Source: a virus
Taxonomy: Duplodnaviria > Caudoviricetes
Reading direction: 5' to 3' (one strand)
Virus record (IMG/VR): IMGVR_UViG_3300020470_004573
Span: 1-58,125 of that record
DNA: 58,125 nt
The position numbers and the translations under genes were made by a program. The notes under the pieces are model-generated. The model made no database searches. It was not told the DNA's origin and worked only from the letters and a program-made list of their open reading frames with translations. Each line of letters begins with the position of its first letter. The stretch's first letter is position 1. Shown here piece by piece: positions 40,932-50,898 of this stretch.

Positions 40932-42566
40932 TTATTTTACAGGTTTAAAACCACGAGCTCTCAATAAATCTGACTTTGATATTATTTCAACTTTACACCT
41001 ATTACCAAGTCCAGAATTATGAGTCATTATAGGTGTGCTATCATCTGTTAAATTATTTAACCAATAGTGATGATTATTCTCCATATCAGTAATATTTGAA
41101 GGTGAATAATCTTCATCGATATTAGGATTATATCTAGCAACTATAAAATACCATTCATCAAAATCAATTGGTACTCTCGTATAATTTGTATAAAAATTTC
41201 TGTCTACATCAGTAGCTGTCGAGTTGTTTGATATAGTATCAAATTTTGGATTTAAATTATTTCCAAAGTTAGAATCTCTTAAAGAACCGTCTCCCTCTCT
41301 TACAATTAAATTTACAAACCTTTCATAATTATTATTTGAAAATGGTATGTGACCATCTACCAATTCACTTTGACCAATATCATCAACTGAATCTCTTCTG
41401 ATAGTAAATGTTTCTAATCTTATACCAAAAGGATTATTTGACCTCAAAGGATTTCCAAAATTAAATAAAGTTCCTGAATTTACTTTATCTTTAAATTTAA
41501 CCCATTGTGTAATAGTAAATCCATTAATTAAAAATTCAGGTATTTCTATACCACACTCAAAACTACCACCAGCTAATGGATATAAGTCTAACCAAAATTC
41601 ACCAGCAGATGCACAATCAGGAAATGTACCACCTTCAACTGAACTACCAAGTATTATAGTATCACCAATACCTCTAGCCGAAGTTGGACTTTCGTGTTCT
41701 CCTCTTTTTATAATAATAGATTGATTTAAATTTCTTATTTCTAAATATCCTTCAGACTGATTACTATATTCAGGTCTATTATCATTCATAGTTTGAGGTA
41801 ATAATAATTCCATATCTCGAAGATATCTACTCGCGTCATTAACTAACCAAGCTAAACTTTGATTTTCATTAGCTACATTTTCTTCATCTATTTCTCTTGT
41901 TATAGGTGCATTTTTATCATCACCACCATTATCTTGAATAACTGAAATATTATTTTCTGAAGCCCAACTATCATATATAATTGAATTACCACAAATTGTA
42001 ACACCACTACCATCATCTAAAATAGGTCCATAGTCAAGTGTATAATTACCTTCACCATCAATACAATATGGAGGTTCGGATGAAGGTTTTAATAAATTAT
42101 ATTGACTAAAAAAATTATTTATTAAATCTTGTCTGTTGGTTTGGAAGGGTAAAAGTTCTGTTATTTTCGTATCAAGTGTTTCATTTAATTTATCAGGGTC
42201 AATTTGTATTGAACCAGATTGCAACCCAACAAATTGAGAAACATTATCAGGTTCAGAAAGTGAAATTAATGAACCTGTAATTAGTGTTTCAAATTGATTG
42301 TTTTGACCATCATAGTTTGATAAAAATTGTTGAAGACTTCCAAATGTAGAATCACTCATCAACTCATTAAAATCTTGAGTATCTAAACCGGCTAAACTTA
42401 ATACATCACTTTTATAAATAATTATATTTTGATTATTAGTAGTACCACCTTGAATAATACCATTCGATAAAACTTGTTGGTATTCTCCAATATCAGAATA
42501 GTTACTTCTTTCTAATGTGTTTTTAGCTATCCACTCAGCTATCTTTTCTTTTGTCCAATATGCCAT
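40932..42566 (-). CDS. virion protein with LamG/ConA-like domain
   Basis: GFTITQWVKF...GTLFNFG...EWYFIVARY. Confidence 0.55.
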   Translation of the reverse strand: MAYWTKEKIAEWIAKNTLERSNYSDIGEYQQVLSNGIIQGGTTNNQNIIIYKSDVLSLAGLDTQDFNELMSDSTFGSLQQFLSNYDGQNNQFETLITGSLISLSEPDNVSQFVGLQSGSIQIDPDKLNETLDTKITELLPFQTNRQDLINNFFSQYNLLKPSSEPPYCIDGEGNYTLDYGPILDDGSGVTICGNSIIYDSWASENNISVIQDNGGDDKNAPITREIDEENVANENQSLAWLVNDASRYLRDMELLLPQTMNDNRPEYSNQSEGYLEIRNLNQSIIIKRGEHESPTSARGIGDTIILGSSVEGGTFPDCASAGEFWLDLYPLAGGSFECGIEIPEFLINGFTITQWVKFKDKVNSGTLFNFGNPLRSNNPFGIRLETFTIRRDSVDDIGQSELVDGHIPFSNNNYERFVNLIVREGDGSLRDSNFGNNLNPKFDTISNNSTATDVDRNFYTNYTRVPIDFDEWYFIVARYNPNIDEDYSPSNITDMENNHHYWLNNLTDDSTPIMTHNSGLGNRCKVEIISKSDLLRARGFKPVK

Positions 42567-42574
42567 AACCTAAA

Positions 42575-43771
42575 TTACCTCACCACTTTAAATGTATAGT
42601 CATCATCTATTATATGTTCTTGCCCATCATCGTATTTTACTTTCAATATAATCTTGTAAACTCTATTCGGTTGAAATGTATTCAAATCTTGTTTAAAATA
42701 ATTACTATTAGAATCAATACTCATAGATGTAAATTGTCCAAATGGTATTATGGTTTCATCTGTTACTATATCTTTAATTGAATAGAATCCACTTCCTGTT
42801 GGAATAAAAGAACCTGTAATTGTTTGAACTGATGTTGCAAATGTTCGACCTACATATTTTTTTCTAGCACCTACTCTAAATTTAACAGTTTCGTTTTCTT
42901 TATATTCATCCCTTAAACCTTTTACATATATAAAATTATCTACATCACCAGTCATATCCAATGAACTCAAAGAAGCAGTATGAGTATTACCGGCTGGTGA
43001 ATCACTATCATTCCATCTAACCTCAAGTTTAGGTGAATATATTGTATGAGTATTCGATGAAAAGAATTTTAAATCACCTCTATTATTATCAGATGATTCA
43101 TAACTACCACTAAATTTTAATATAAGACCATAATTTTTTAATCCATTTGGAAATTTAGGATCATTAGCTCCAATTGAAGCTGGATTTCCTGGTTCACCAC
43201 CACCTGAATATGAACCTGTTATCCATCTTTTGACTATATTTGTAATGTCCATATCTATATCAGGAGATTGATATGAAAAAGATTGAGATTGTTGAAATCT
43301 TGAACCTGTAAACCATATACCACCACCCTCTTCTTCTAATCTATCACTACTACTTCCAGAAGTTCCAAGTCCATTTGTAGTACCTAATGACCAAGTAAAG
43401 TTAGCTGTTCTATGGTCATAGTTTTTCCAAGTAACACCATCTTGTAATGCAGGATTTGAATTTAATTTACCAGTACCTTCTTCCCAAGATTGAGATAAGG
43501 CAAATGCAGATATTTCATAAGTAGAAGGTAATTCTGATGTTTCAGTCGAATATAGTTTCAAATGATAAGTAGCATCAGTTGGAGTTGTCTCCTCATCTAT
43601 TGATTTTGATATGTCTGTTAAATCAAAATGTAGTAATGTCCTCGTAACTCCATTTACAGAATCACCACTAAAAGCTTTATGTAATTCTAATACCTCATCT
43701 CCACCATAATTTTGTGAATGAGATATGTCTGATATCCAAGAATCTTTGTTGGAATAGTAATATTTATGCAT
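42575..43771 (-). CDS. DNRLRE-like domain virion protein
   Basis: KDSWIS...NYGGDEVLEL...RTLLHFDL...NYGLILK...FFSS...PKLEVRW. Confidence 0.65.
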   Translation of the reverse strand: MHKYYYSNKDSWISDISHSQNYGGDEVLELHKAFSGDSVNGVTRTLLHFDLTDISKSIDEETTPTDATYHLKLYSTETSELPSTYEISAFALSQSWEEGTGKLNSNPALQDGVTWKNYDHRTANFTWSLGTTNGLGTSGSSSDRLEEEGGGIWFTGSRFQQSQSFSYQSPDIDMDITNIVKRWITGSYSGGGEPGNPASIGANDPKFPNGLKNYGLILKFSGSYESSDNNRGDLKFFSSNTHTIYSPKLEVRWNDSDSPAGNTHTASLSSLDMTGDVDNFIYVKGLRDEYKENETVKFRVGARKKYVGRTFATSVQTITGSFIPTGSGFYSIKDIVTDETIIPFGQFTSMSIDSNSNYFKQDLNTFQPNRVYKIILKVKYDDGQEHIIDDDYTFKVVR

Positions 43772-45945
43772 TATTCAACCTCCCCTTTTATATTATCTTT
43801 TGGATTTTTTAATTCAAATATAGAAGGTGTAGTCCAATGTGCAGGTGGAATAGTACCTGAAGATAATATATCAGCGTGTTCAAATTCATAAGCATACCCA
43901 TACTCACTAGTACCTGCACCTCCCACAAGATTAGGTGGAGTTCCACCATCCGCATATAAATTTACTCCTGTTTTTAAAAGATTACCACTTTGACTTATCT
44001 TTACATCTTTTACAATTTTAACACCCTCAACATTATATAATAAATTTTGAATATCATTTATATACAATGTTTGATTAAACTGCATATTTTTATTATCGAA
44101 ATATCTAATAATTTCATCAATACATTTTAATTTTAAATCAGATTTATTCACATGTTCTTTTGCTACTACTCTGAAAAATACTCCAAAATTTATTATAAAT
44201 CCATCTCTAATCGATATATTATCAGAAATAATTTTATATTGTTCTAAATATTTCTGTAAATTACTTTTTATTAAATCTGTAGTAGCTGTAAAATTATTAA
44301 ATCCATCATTGGATATTACATATATATCAATATTTTTAAATGATAAAACATCTGCAGTTGTTAATGACTCTGCATTTGTTAGCAAGTCTCTCATATTTTG
44401 TATAGCTGATACTTGGTCTTGAGTTATATCTTGATTACTACCTGGACTAAATCCAGCAAATATTGTATCAAATGCAGAAATATCACTATCAGTAACTTGT
44501 CCATCTCCATCATAATCAAATTGATTATATAATGTATCACCACCACTTCCAGTTATTTCAGTAAATGGTCTTCGTCTAACATATACTTTAGAAATATTTC
44601 CATATTTAGCCGGCATTGAAATAACTCTTGACTCATAATCTTTTTTAGTAACTGCTCTATTTTGTGAAGCGAAATGTGATTTAGCTCTTTCTCTTATTTG
44701 ACCCAATGATTCTTCATCCATACCACCACCCGCAGGTTTATCATTTGTGACTCGTAATGTATTAAGTACTGAATCACTCGGTGACGATATTACATTTCTA
44801 ACCAATACTTGTTCTATGGTATTAGCAGGAACATTTGTTTTTGAACCTCCACCGGTTCTATAGGTAATGGTTAATGTTGTATTGGCCGGAGTCTCACCTA
44901 ATGAATCTAATTTAGAACCTAGTGATGGGTCTAAACTTGAAGGTAAAGTTCCTTGAACTAAAGAATTTATTTGATTATTATCACTTATAACATCTTCTAA
45001 AACTGATGACCCACTCAAGTCTCTATTTAACAATCCATTACCAAATACTATTGAAGTTGTATTGTCTGGATTAGTTTCTACTATAAATCTTTTATTTACT
45101 TTTGACATAGAATTTAAAACATATGGAACAGGATTAGTTGTATTTACAGTTGTACCAGTAGTAAAATCTACATATGCACTACTTCTACTATCATCATCGC
45201 TATAGTGTGTATCCGTAAATACTTTATCTTGAGCTAGGTACTCTACTTCGTGCCAATTTTTACCAGAAGAATCTATACAAGATATAATACTCGTAACATC
45301 TTTTTCAGGTAATGTCAATCTTAAAAATTGAGTAGGTGATGTTACAGTAAAAGTTTTTTGTTTGGTTTCACCTGTAACTGCTATAATATCTTGTTTTAAT
45401 TTATATTCTGTAGGTACTCCATTTGAATCCGTAGATTCTATAGTTGGCTCATACCCCATACTCCCACCATAAGAACCAGTTATTGTGAAATCTAAAACAT
45501 CCAATGTTTCAAACTTAACATCTGATAAAGCTGATTGTAAAACCATACCTTTATTTAAAACTAAAGCTTCTGACATATCAGGTGAAACATTTGGTGCTGT
45601 ACCTGTAACTCCAACTGTTTGAGAAAAATTTAATACTACATAAGATGGAGAAGTAGGTTTAACTCTGTATCCCAATGTTTTGGCTAAATTAATTAGGTTT
45701 GTTCTTTCTTCTGCAGTAGAAACAAACATTTCTTTAAATTGTTGGTCAATATAAAAAGATAATATGTCACCCACATAAGCATTCATTTCTAACAACATCA
45801 TACCAGGTGATGTTTCATTAAAATCTTGATATGTATCTGGGAAATATGTTTTAGCATATTCTATTAAATCTTTTTTCAAAGAAGTAAAGTCTTTGTTTAA
45901 ATAATTTATTGATGGACTATTTACATCTTTATTATAATTTGGCAT
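43771..45945 (-). CDS. baseplate wedge subunit (T4 gp6 / baseplate J-like)
   Basis: YLNKDFTSLK...DFNETSPG, LAKTLGY, ITYRTGGG, GGMDEES...SQNRAVTKKDY. Confidence 0.88.
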   Translation of the reverse strand: MPNYNKDVNSPSINYLNKDFTSLKKDLIEYAKTYFPDTYQDFNETSPGMMLLEMNAYVGDILSFYIDQQFKEMFVSTAEERTNLINLAKTLGYRVKPTSPSYVVLNFSQTVGVTGTAPNVSPDMSEALVLNKGMVLQSALSDVKFETLDVLDFTITGSYGGSMGYEPTIESTDSNGVPTEYKLKQDIIAVTGETKQKTFTVTSPTQFLRLTLPEKDVTSIISCIDSSGKNWHEVEYLAQDKVFTDTHYSDDDSRSSAYVDFTTGTTVNTTNPVPYVLNSMSKVNKRFIVETNPDNTTSIVFGNGLLNRDLSGSSVLEDVISDNNQINSLVQGTLPSSLDPSLGSKLDSLGETPANTTLTITYRTGGGSKTNVPANTIEQVLVRNVISSPSDSVLNTLRVTNDKPAGGGMDEESLGQIRERAKSHFASQNRAVTKKDYESRVISMPAKYGNISKVYVRRRPFTEITGSGGDTLYNQFDYDGDGQVTDSDISAFDTIFAGFSPGSNQDITQDQVSAIQNMRDLLTNAESLTTADVLSFKNIDIYVISNDGFNNFTATTDLIKSNLQKYLEQYKIISDNISIRDGFIINFGVFFRVVAKEHVNKSDLKLKCIDEIIRYFDNKNMQFNQTLYINDIQNLLYNVEGVKIVKDVKISQSGNLLKTGVNLYADGGTPPNLVGGAGTSEYGYAYEFEHADILSSGTIPPAHWTTPSIFELKNPKDNIKGEVE

Positions 45946-45959
45946 TTTCTATTCTCCAC

Positions 45960-46391
45960 CTATATTTCTAAAGTAACCGAATCAAATATATTCGGTAAAC
46001 TATTAAGATAAAATTGAATAAAAATATTCAATCTATTTGGATTACTGTTACTTGGATTTATCTGTAATTCTTTTATTCCAACATAAGGTAACCATTGTGA
46101 AATAGCTTTATTAATTCTATCTCTAATAATAGTTTGTACTTCAGAAGTCATATTTTCAAAAAGGACATCTTCTAAACCTATTCCAATATCAGTTTGAAAA
46201 ACTCTTTCACCTTTTCTCGTTTTTAATAAGTTTTTTAAATTTTCTCTAACAGCGTCTAGAGTAATATTCGTTGACTCAAAATAACCTTCACTATCTCCTC
46301 TTTCAAGAGGTAGTTTTAATCCAATAAGTTTACTCTTACCAGCAGTATTTTTATCAGTTGGTATATTAGGATTATTTATTCTGATAGCCAT
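45960..46391 (-). CDS. baseplate wedge subunit gp25/GpW-like
   Basis: NLKNLLKTRKGERVFQTDIGIGL...ISQWLPYV. Confidence 0.88.
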   Translation of the reverse strand: MAIRINNPNIPTDKNTAGKSKLIGLKLPLERGDSEGYFESTNITLDAVRENLKNLLKTRKGERVFQTDIGIGLEDVLFENMTSEVQTIIRDRINKAISQWLPYVGIKELQINPSNSNPNRLNIFIQFYLNSLPNIFDSVTLEI

Positions 46392-46912
46392 TATTTATCA
46401 GCTCCATTTTTTACATCACCTGACATTAGTTTAACAACTGTAGAACTAGCGTCGCCAGTAGCTTTAGATGCATTTTTAAAATTAGGCATATCTATTCCAC
46501 CACTACCTTCAACTTTTAGACCATCACCAATTTTCCTAATTGTCCAAGCAGGAACAGAAGCTCCACCAGCAGAGACTTTTTGTGTGGCTTTTTTTATAAC
46601 CCCTTCCACTTTATCAATAATTGAACCTGCACCTGGAACTAATCCAGCTAATTGTTTCAAAGAACTTATTAATGGAGCATAAGGACCCATTAGTGTATTA
46701 GGTGCTACATCAGCTGCCTGGTCTTTTGTTATCCCTATAGAGTCAACATCTAATTTAGTTTTAAGTTTTACAACTCTAAACTCTTGTTCTAACACAAATT
46801 CTTCAACAGCTAAAGCAATTGAATGGGCTAATTCTTCAATGTTTTTATTAGGTCCTTCCAATTGAGCAGTTTTCTTTAAAGCATCTGCTATTTTTTTCTC
46901 CATACTAGCCAT
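46391..46912 (-). CDS. hypothetical protein (structural block)
   Basis: ORF coupled by 1-nt stop/start overlaps on both sides; no recognised motif. Confidence 0.6.
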   Translation of the reverse strand: MASMEKKIADALKKTAQLEGPNKNIEELAHSIALAVEEFVLEQEFRVVKLKTKLDVDSIGITKDQAADVAPNTLMGPYAPLISSLKQLAGLVPGAGSIIDKVEGVIKKATQKVSAGGASVPAWTIRKIGDGLKVEGSGGIDMPNFKNASKATGDASSTVVKLMSGDVKNGADK

Positions 46913-47355
46913 TAACCATTCCTACCTTTAGATTTCTCAATACTCTTTTTTAATATTTGACTATAATCTTTATTAAATAAATTTTTAATGTTATCAGGTG
47001 CTGATGGTGTAGCTATTATATCACCATTACTTGATTCAGAACCTGGTTGAACATTGGAGTAAGCTGAACTCATTATTTCATTAGCCGAGTTAGAGTCGAA
47101 TGTCTCTCCACCCATAGATGGCCAATCTTCCATATCACCCATAGCAGTTTCATTTAACACATCATTTAAAACAGAATTATTAGAAAAGTTTTTCTTTTCA
47201 ACTATTTTTTTATTTTGTTTTGGTTGAGAAGTTTTCTGTGAAGTTGTTTTTGTAACTGGTTGTTTTAATTCACTTATTACCTCGTGAATAGCCATAGCAA
47301 CTTCTTCTCTTACAATCCCTCTAATTAATGTTCGTATGTTTTTTTTCTTTTTCAT
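46912..47355 (-). CDS. hypothetical protein (IVREEV-type N-terminus)
   Basis: GAGG RBS; N-terminal amphipathic helix IRTLIRGIVREEV. Confidence 0.6.
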   Translation of the reverse strand: MKKKKNIRTLIRGIVREEVAMAIHEVISELKQPVTKTTSQKTSQPKQNKKIVEKKNFSNNSVLNDVLNETAMGDMEDWPSMGGETFDSNSANEIMSSAYSNVQPGSESSNGDIIATPSAPDNIKNLFNKDYSQILKKSIEKSKGRNG

Positions 47356-47367
47356 ATATTACCTCTT

Positions 47368-48621
47368 TTATTTATCACCATTTTTTTCTATAAAATGTTT
47401 ATCACTTAAAATTTGGGATAACTCTGTTTTTATTTGAGTCTCCAATTGAACCCATCCAGGTGAACCACCACCTTTTACAGGAACGGAAGTTCCACCTATC
47501 GTTCCAGCTACAAATAATTGACCGATAGCATCTATCATTTTTTCCAATGTTTCTTTTAATTGTGTACCTAATACCATTGGTTCATTATCATCAGGTGCAG
47601 TCTTCCCTAAATAAATATTTTTAGATTCAATAATTGTTGAATTATTTGTATAAATTTGTAAGTTATCCGCACTACCTATATTAATATTATTATAAGAAGA
47701 CAATGTCATAGGTGCATATGTTGAATCAAAAGTTAATTTACCAGATTTAATTAATATTTGATTACCACTTGTATCTTTCCATTCTATAGGTCTATCCGGA
47801 TTTTTATTTAAATTAGTTGAAGATGGATTCCAATTTTGTTCATAAAAATGTTGAGCTATTGTACCACCAGATGTAATACTAATTATACTACCATCAGTTA
47901 TTCTTTCCATATCTTGTTTATTACCACGAGAATTTGAAATAAATATATGAGGATAAGTTGAATGATAACCCAAACGAATACTATTTCCTTGTCTACCTTC
48001 TAATATCATATCACCATTGTTATGGTCTTTAAGTGTATCTCTCTCAAATCTTGGGTCTGAACTATCTATACCTGGCATATCAAGTCGACTTGGAACTGAA
48101 CCTGCTAACCTACCAACTGCACGAGAACCATACTTCCAAACAAATGATGGACTCATACCAAATAAATCTTTAATGTTTTGTTTGTTGTCACCTTTATTAG
48201 AAGTTAAAGATATATCAGGATTGAAATTAGGGTCATTAGCAGTATTCAAAGGACCTATATAATATCTTTGAGAACCAAATTGACATAACAAAACAGGGTC
48301 TCCGTCTGTTGGAATATCAGCCATACCTCTAAGTAAAGGTCTATATATTTCGGCTTCTTGTTCTAACATAAGTCTTTCATTGGGATGTAAATTCCATTTT
48401 TTAGTGTCAACAGTTGGATAAGCTTTAATACAATTTAAATAAAGTGGATTGTTACCTAACTCTCTATACAATTTAGCAGACTTATTAGTAGCCACATTGA
48501 CTACTCTACCAGGCACCCACTGCATAAAAACATCAAAATCAGATGATGGACTTTCACCATAATCATATCTTGTCTTAACTGAAGTAGAACCAGCTGGTAA
48601 TTGCATTATAAAATTTGACAT
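47368..48621 (-). CDS. baseplate spike/hub (gp5/gpV-like)
   Basis: PTDGDPVL OB-fold motif, GDMILEGRQGNSIRLG, beta-helix-like tail, EPMVLG; sits just upstream of gp25. Confidence 0.65.
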   Translation of the reverse strand: MSNFIMQLPAGSTSVKTRYDYGESPSSDFDVFMQWVPGRVVNVATNKSAKLYRELGNNPLYLNCIKAYPTVDTKKWNLHPNERLMLEQEAEIYRPLLRGMADIPTDGDPVLLCQFGSQRYYIGPLNTANDPNFNPDISLTSNKGDNKQNIKDLFGMSPSFVWKYGSRAVGRLAGSVPSRLDMPGIDSSDPRFERDTLKDHNNGDMILEGRQGNSIRLGYHSTYPHIFISNSRGNKQDMERITDGSIISITSGGTIAQHFYEQNWNPSSTNLNKNPDRPIEWKDTSGNQILIKSGKLTFDSTYAPMTLSSYNNINIGSADNLQIYTNNSTIIESKNIYLGKTAPDDNEPMVLGTQLKETLEKMIDAIGQLFVAGTIGGTSVPVKGGGSPGWVQLETQIKTELSQILSDKHFIEKNGDK

Positions 48622-48622
48622 A

Positions 48623-49021
48623 TTAGTTACCTATTATTTTATTTGATTTTTGTTTTAATATTTCAACTTCATCATTTTTTTTCTGTAAATCATTTACATC
48701 TTCTTGTAAAGCGTTTATTAAATCTTCTTTTTCAGATTCTGTGAGTAGTAATGATTCGTCTTCACCCCCACTTGATTTAGCTATAATCCTTTGTATCACA
48801 CCAGCTAATTTAACAAGATGTTCATCGTTTTTTACAGATACTTCATAAAATTCTTTTATTAAGGGAGCAACAAGAACTACATCATCTATAGTTTGAATAA
48901 AACCGTGAACTTCTTGTATCAACAAATCAAGTTGAAGTTTTTTATTTTTTTGGTTTTCATAAATATCTTTGGTTAAATCACTAAAAGATTTACCTTCAAA
49001 TATTTCATCATTAGATTTCAT
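48623..49021 (-). CDS. hypothetical helical protein
   Basis: AGGGG RBS; first gene after the putative late promoter. Confidence 0.6.
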   Translation of the reverse strand: MKSNDEIFEGKSFSDLTKDIYENQKNKKLQLDLLIQEVHGFIQTIDDVVLVAPLIKEFYEVSVKNDEHLVKLAGVIQRIIAKSSGGEDESLLLTESEKEDLINALQEDVNDLQKKNDEVEILKQKSNKIIGN

Positions 49022-49040
49022 ATAATTCCCCTAAAATGTA

Positions 49041-49060
49041 TTTATTCATATATAAATATA
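49041..49060 (-). promoter_or_regulatory. putative late promoter (coding strand TATATTTATATATGAATAAA)
   Basis: Near-identical to 8701-8720; heads the structural operon. Confidence 0.55.
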
Positions 49061-49086
49061 AAAACCCTGAAAAATCAGGGTTTTTT
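49060..49086 (-). terminator. intrinsic terminator after the sigma-like gene
   Basis: AAAAACCCTGA-AAAA-TCAGGGTTTTT inverted repeat flanked by A/T runs. Confidence 0.75.
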
Positions 49087-49112
49087 ATATACATTATTTA
49101 TATCTAATTAAA

Positions 49113-49868
49113 TTAAAAGAATTTATTTTTAGAATCTTTATGGTCTATACTACCATATCGAGCATATTGTTCGTGAGCAACTTTATAATGTTTTTTTAAT
49201 TCGTTAACTATTTTAGTAACTTTACTTGTCTGTACACCAGTTATTTCTCTTATTAGAAGATATAAACTCTTTTTATTAAAGTTTTCTATTTCATCTCTCC
49301 TCTTCATAAGTTCTATAATTGCATACGCAATATCAATATCTCTTTTTTTCTTAAAGATATTTAATATTTTTTTCTCCAAATATAATATTAATTCAGAAGT
49401 AAAGTTTACCATACCACCACTCTGTACTCCGTGTTGTTCTACATATGATGGTGAGTCTAGTAATGTTAGTTCTCCGTGTGATTTTAATTTCTTATAGTTA
49501 GCATTATTATTTAGTATTAAATAATTTTTTGCAACTACAGAAAAATAACTAAAAGCTTTTGAACCTTTAGTGTGGTCATATTTGTGCATATTCATTACAA
49601 GAAAAGCTACAACTTCATGTTTAACATCTGCGAATGGAACATCGAAATAAGTAAACTTAAAAGTATTAATTATATTTTCTGCTAACTTATCAAAAGCTGG
49701 ATGTATTTCTTTTCCATATATTGCATTTCTGACATTTTCATCATTACTATCATTATATCTTACAATAGCATCTTGAACTTCCATACCAAAATACACTTTT
49801 CTTTTTGGTTTTCTTCCAGGCTTTTTCTTAACTTTTACTTTTGTATTATCAGTTTTATTTTTCGCCAT
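49113..49868 (-). CDS. phage sigma factor (T4 gp55-like late sigma)
   Basis: AGGAG RBS supports a start at 49868 (MAKNK). YFG..QDAIVRYN, KLAENII, KYDHTKGSKAFSYFSVVAKNY resemble sigma region 2 of gp55-like factors. Confidence 0.65.
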   Translation of the reverse strand: MAKNKTDNTKVKVKKKPGRKPKRKVYFGMEVQDAIVRYNDSNDENVRNAIYGKEIHPAFDKLAENIINTFKFTYFDVPFADVKHEVVAFLVMNMHKYDHTKGSKAFSYFSVVAKNYLILNNNANYKKLKSHGELTLLDSPSYVEQHGVQSGGMVNFTSELILYLEKKILNIFKKKRDIDIAYAIIELMKRRDEIENFNKKSLYLLIREITGVQTSKVTKIVNELKKHYKVAHEQYARYGSIDHKDSKNKFF

Positions 49869-50145
49869 CTTTATTCTCCTCTTGTTGTATCTCATCATCA
49901 TCAAATATATCATTTAACATTGTGCTTAGTTGTTGTACTTCTTTAAAAAAGAATCCTATCTCATCATCAGATTCAAAATGTCCAGAAGCGTCTATAGTTT
50001 TTACTCTCTCATTAGTATATTCTACAATTTGTTGAAATTGTATTATAAGATTTTCATAATTATTTATTCTCCTTAAAGAATAAAATAACAATACACTTAA
50101 AACAATACTAATAATAGAGAATAATATAGTTAAAAATAATAACAT
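49855..50145 (-). CDS. membrane-anchored hypothetical protein
   Basis: N-terminal hydrophobic helix; GGGGG RBS. Confidence 0.6.
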   Translation of the reverse strand: MLLFLTILFSIISIVLSVLLFYSLRRINNYENLIIQFQQIVEYTNERVKTIDASGHFESDDEIGFFFKEVQQLSTMLNDIFDDDEIQQEENKDGEK

Positions 50146-50154
50146 ATCAACCCC

Positions 50155-50898
50155 CTAATTAGAAAAAAGTTTATCAAACTCATTTTTAATCTCACCGACT
50201 TTTAGATTTTGTTTGTTAAACTCTTTTTTTGTTTCTTCAATTTTCTCTTGTTTCTCAACATTACCTTGAATATAATGTTGTTTTTCAGCTACAGTTGACA
50301 TCCAATCACCGAAGTGTACAATATAATGTAAAATATTTCTACTATCACTTGACCTTCTATAATAGTCTTCGTTACCTGCATCAAACATACCATCCGACAT
50401 TTTTATAGCTTTCCATACTTCAGCTGATATTTTAATGTTAAAATATTGTAGTAACCAAAGAGCTCTATCAGTTACACTTAAGTTTTCCATATCAGAATTA
50501 TGTGTATAAAACTCATTTAGTTTTTTTCTTCTCCAATCATCGGTCTGTATCTTGTAGTATGGGTCATCCAAATCACCTAGTTTTCCCAAGTCGTGGAACA
50601 TAGCAGCTAGTATCACATCTTCTTTTTCTGCAATTACATCAACGCCCAAACCAACAAAAAGTTCCCTTGTTTTTAAAGAAGTTTCAATTACTCTTAAAGT
50701 ATGGTCTATCCAACCACCTGGGAAACAATTATGATAGTTAGGTCTACCCGAAGCAGGTGCCTCAACCATTCTATCTTCGAAGTGATTAAATAGATTTTTA
50801 ATATTCTGAAGATTATCACCTTCAAAATTATCTTCTATTATTTTATTTAATTTATCCCAATTATGTTTTATATTTTCCGGTGTATTATTCATTGTCAA
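50155..50898 (-). CDS. HD-domain phosphohydrolase (YhaM-like)
   Basis: APAS...HNCFPGGWIDHTLRV...FHDLGK...HFGD. Confidence 0.8.
   Translation of the reverse strand: MTMNNTPENIKHNWDKLNKIIEDNFEGDNLQNIKNLFNHFEDRMVEAPASGRPNYHNCFPGGWIDHTLRVIETSLKTRELFVGLGVDVIAEKEDVILAAMFHDLGKLGDLDDPYYKIQTDDWRRKKLNEFYTHNSDMENLSVTDRALWLLQYFNIKISAEVWKAIKMSDGMFDAGNEDYYRRSSDSRNILHYIVHFGDWMSTVAEKQHYIQGNVEKQEKIEETKKEFNKQNLKVGEIKNEFDKLFSN

Noticed and set aside
49869-49913. Track start (MIYLMMM...) for the sigma-like gene
   Set aside because: Overlaps the upstream gene and lacks an RBS; AGGAG precedes the ATG at 49868.
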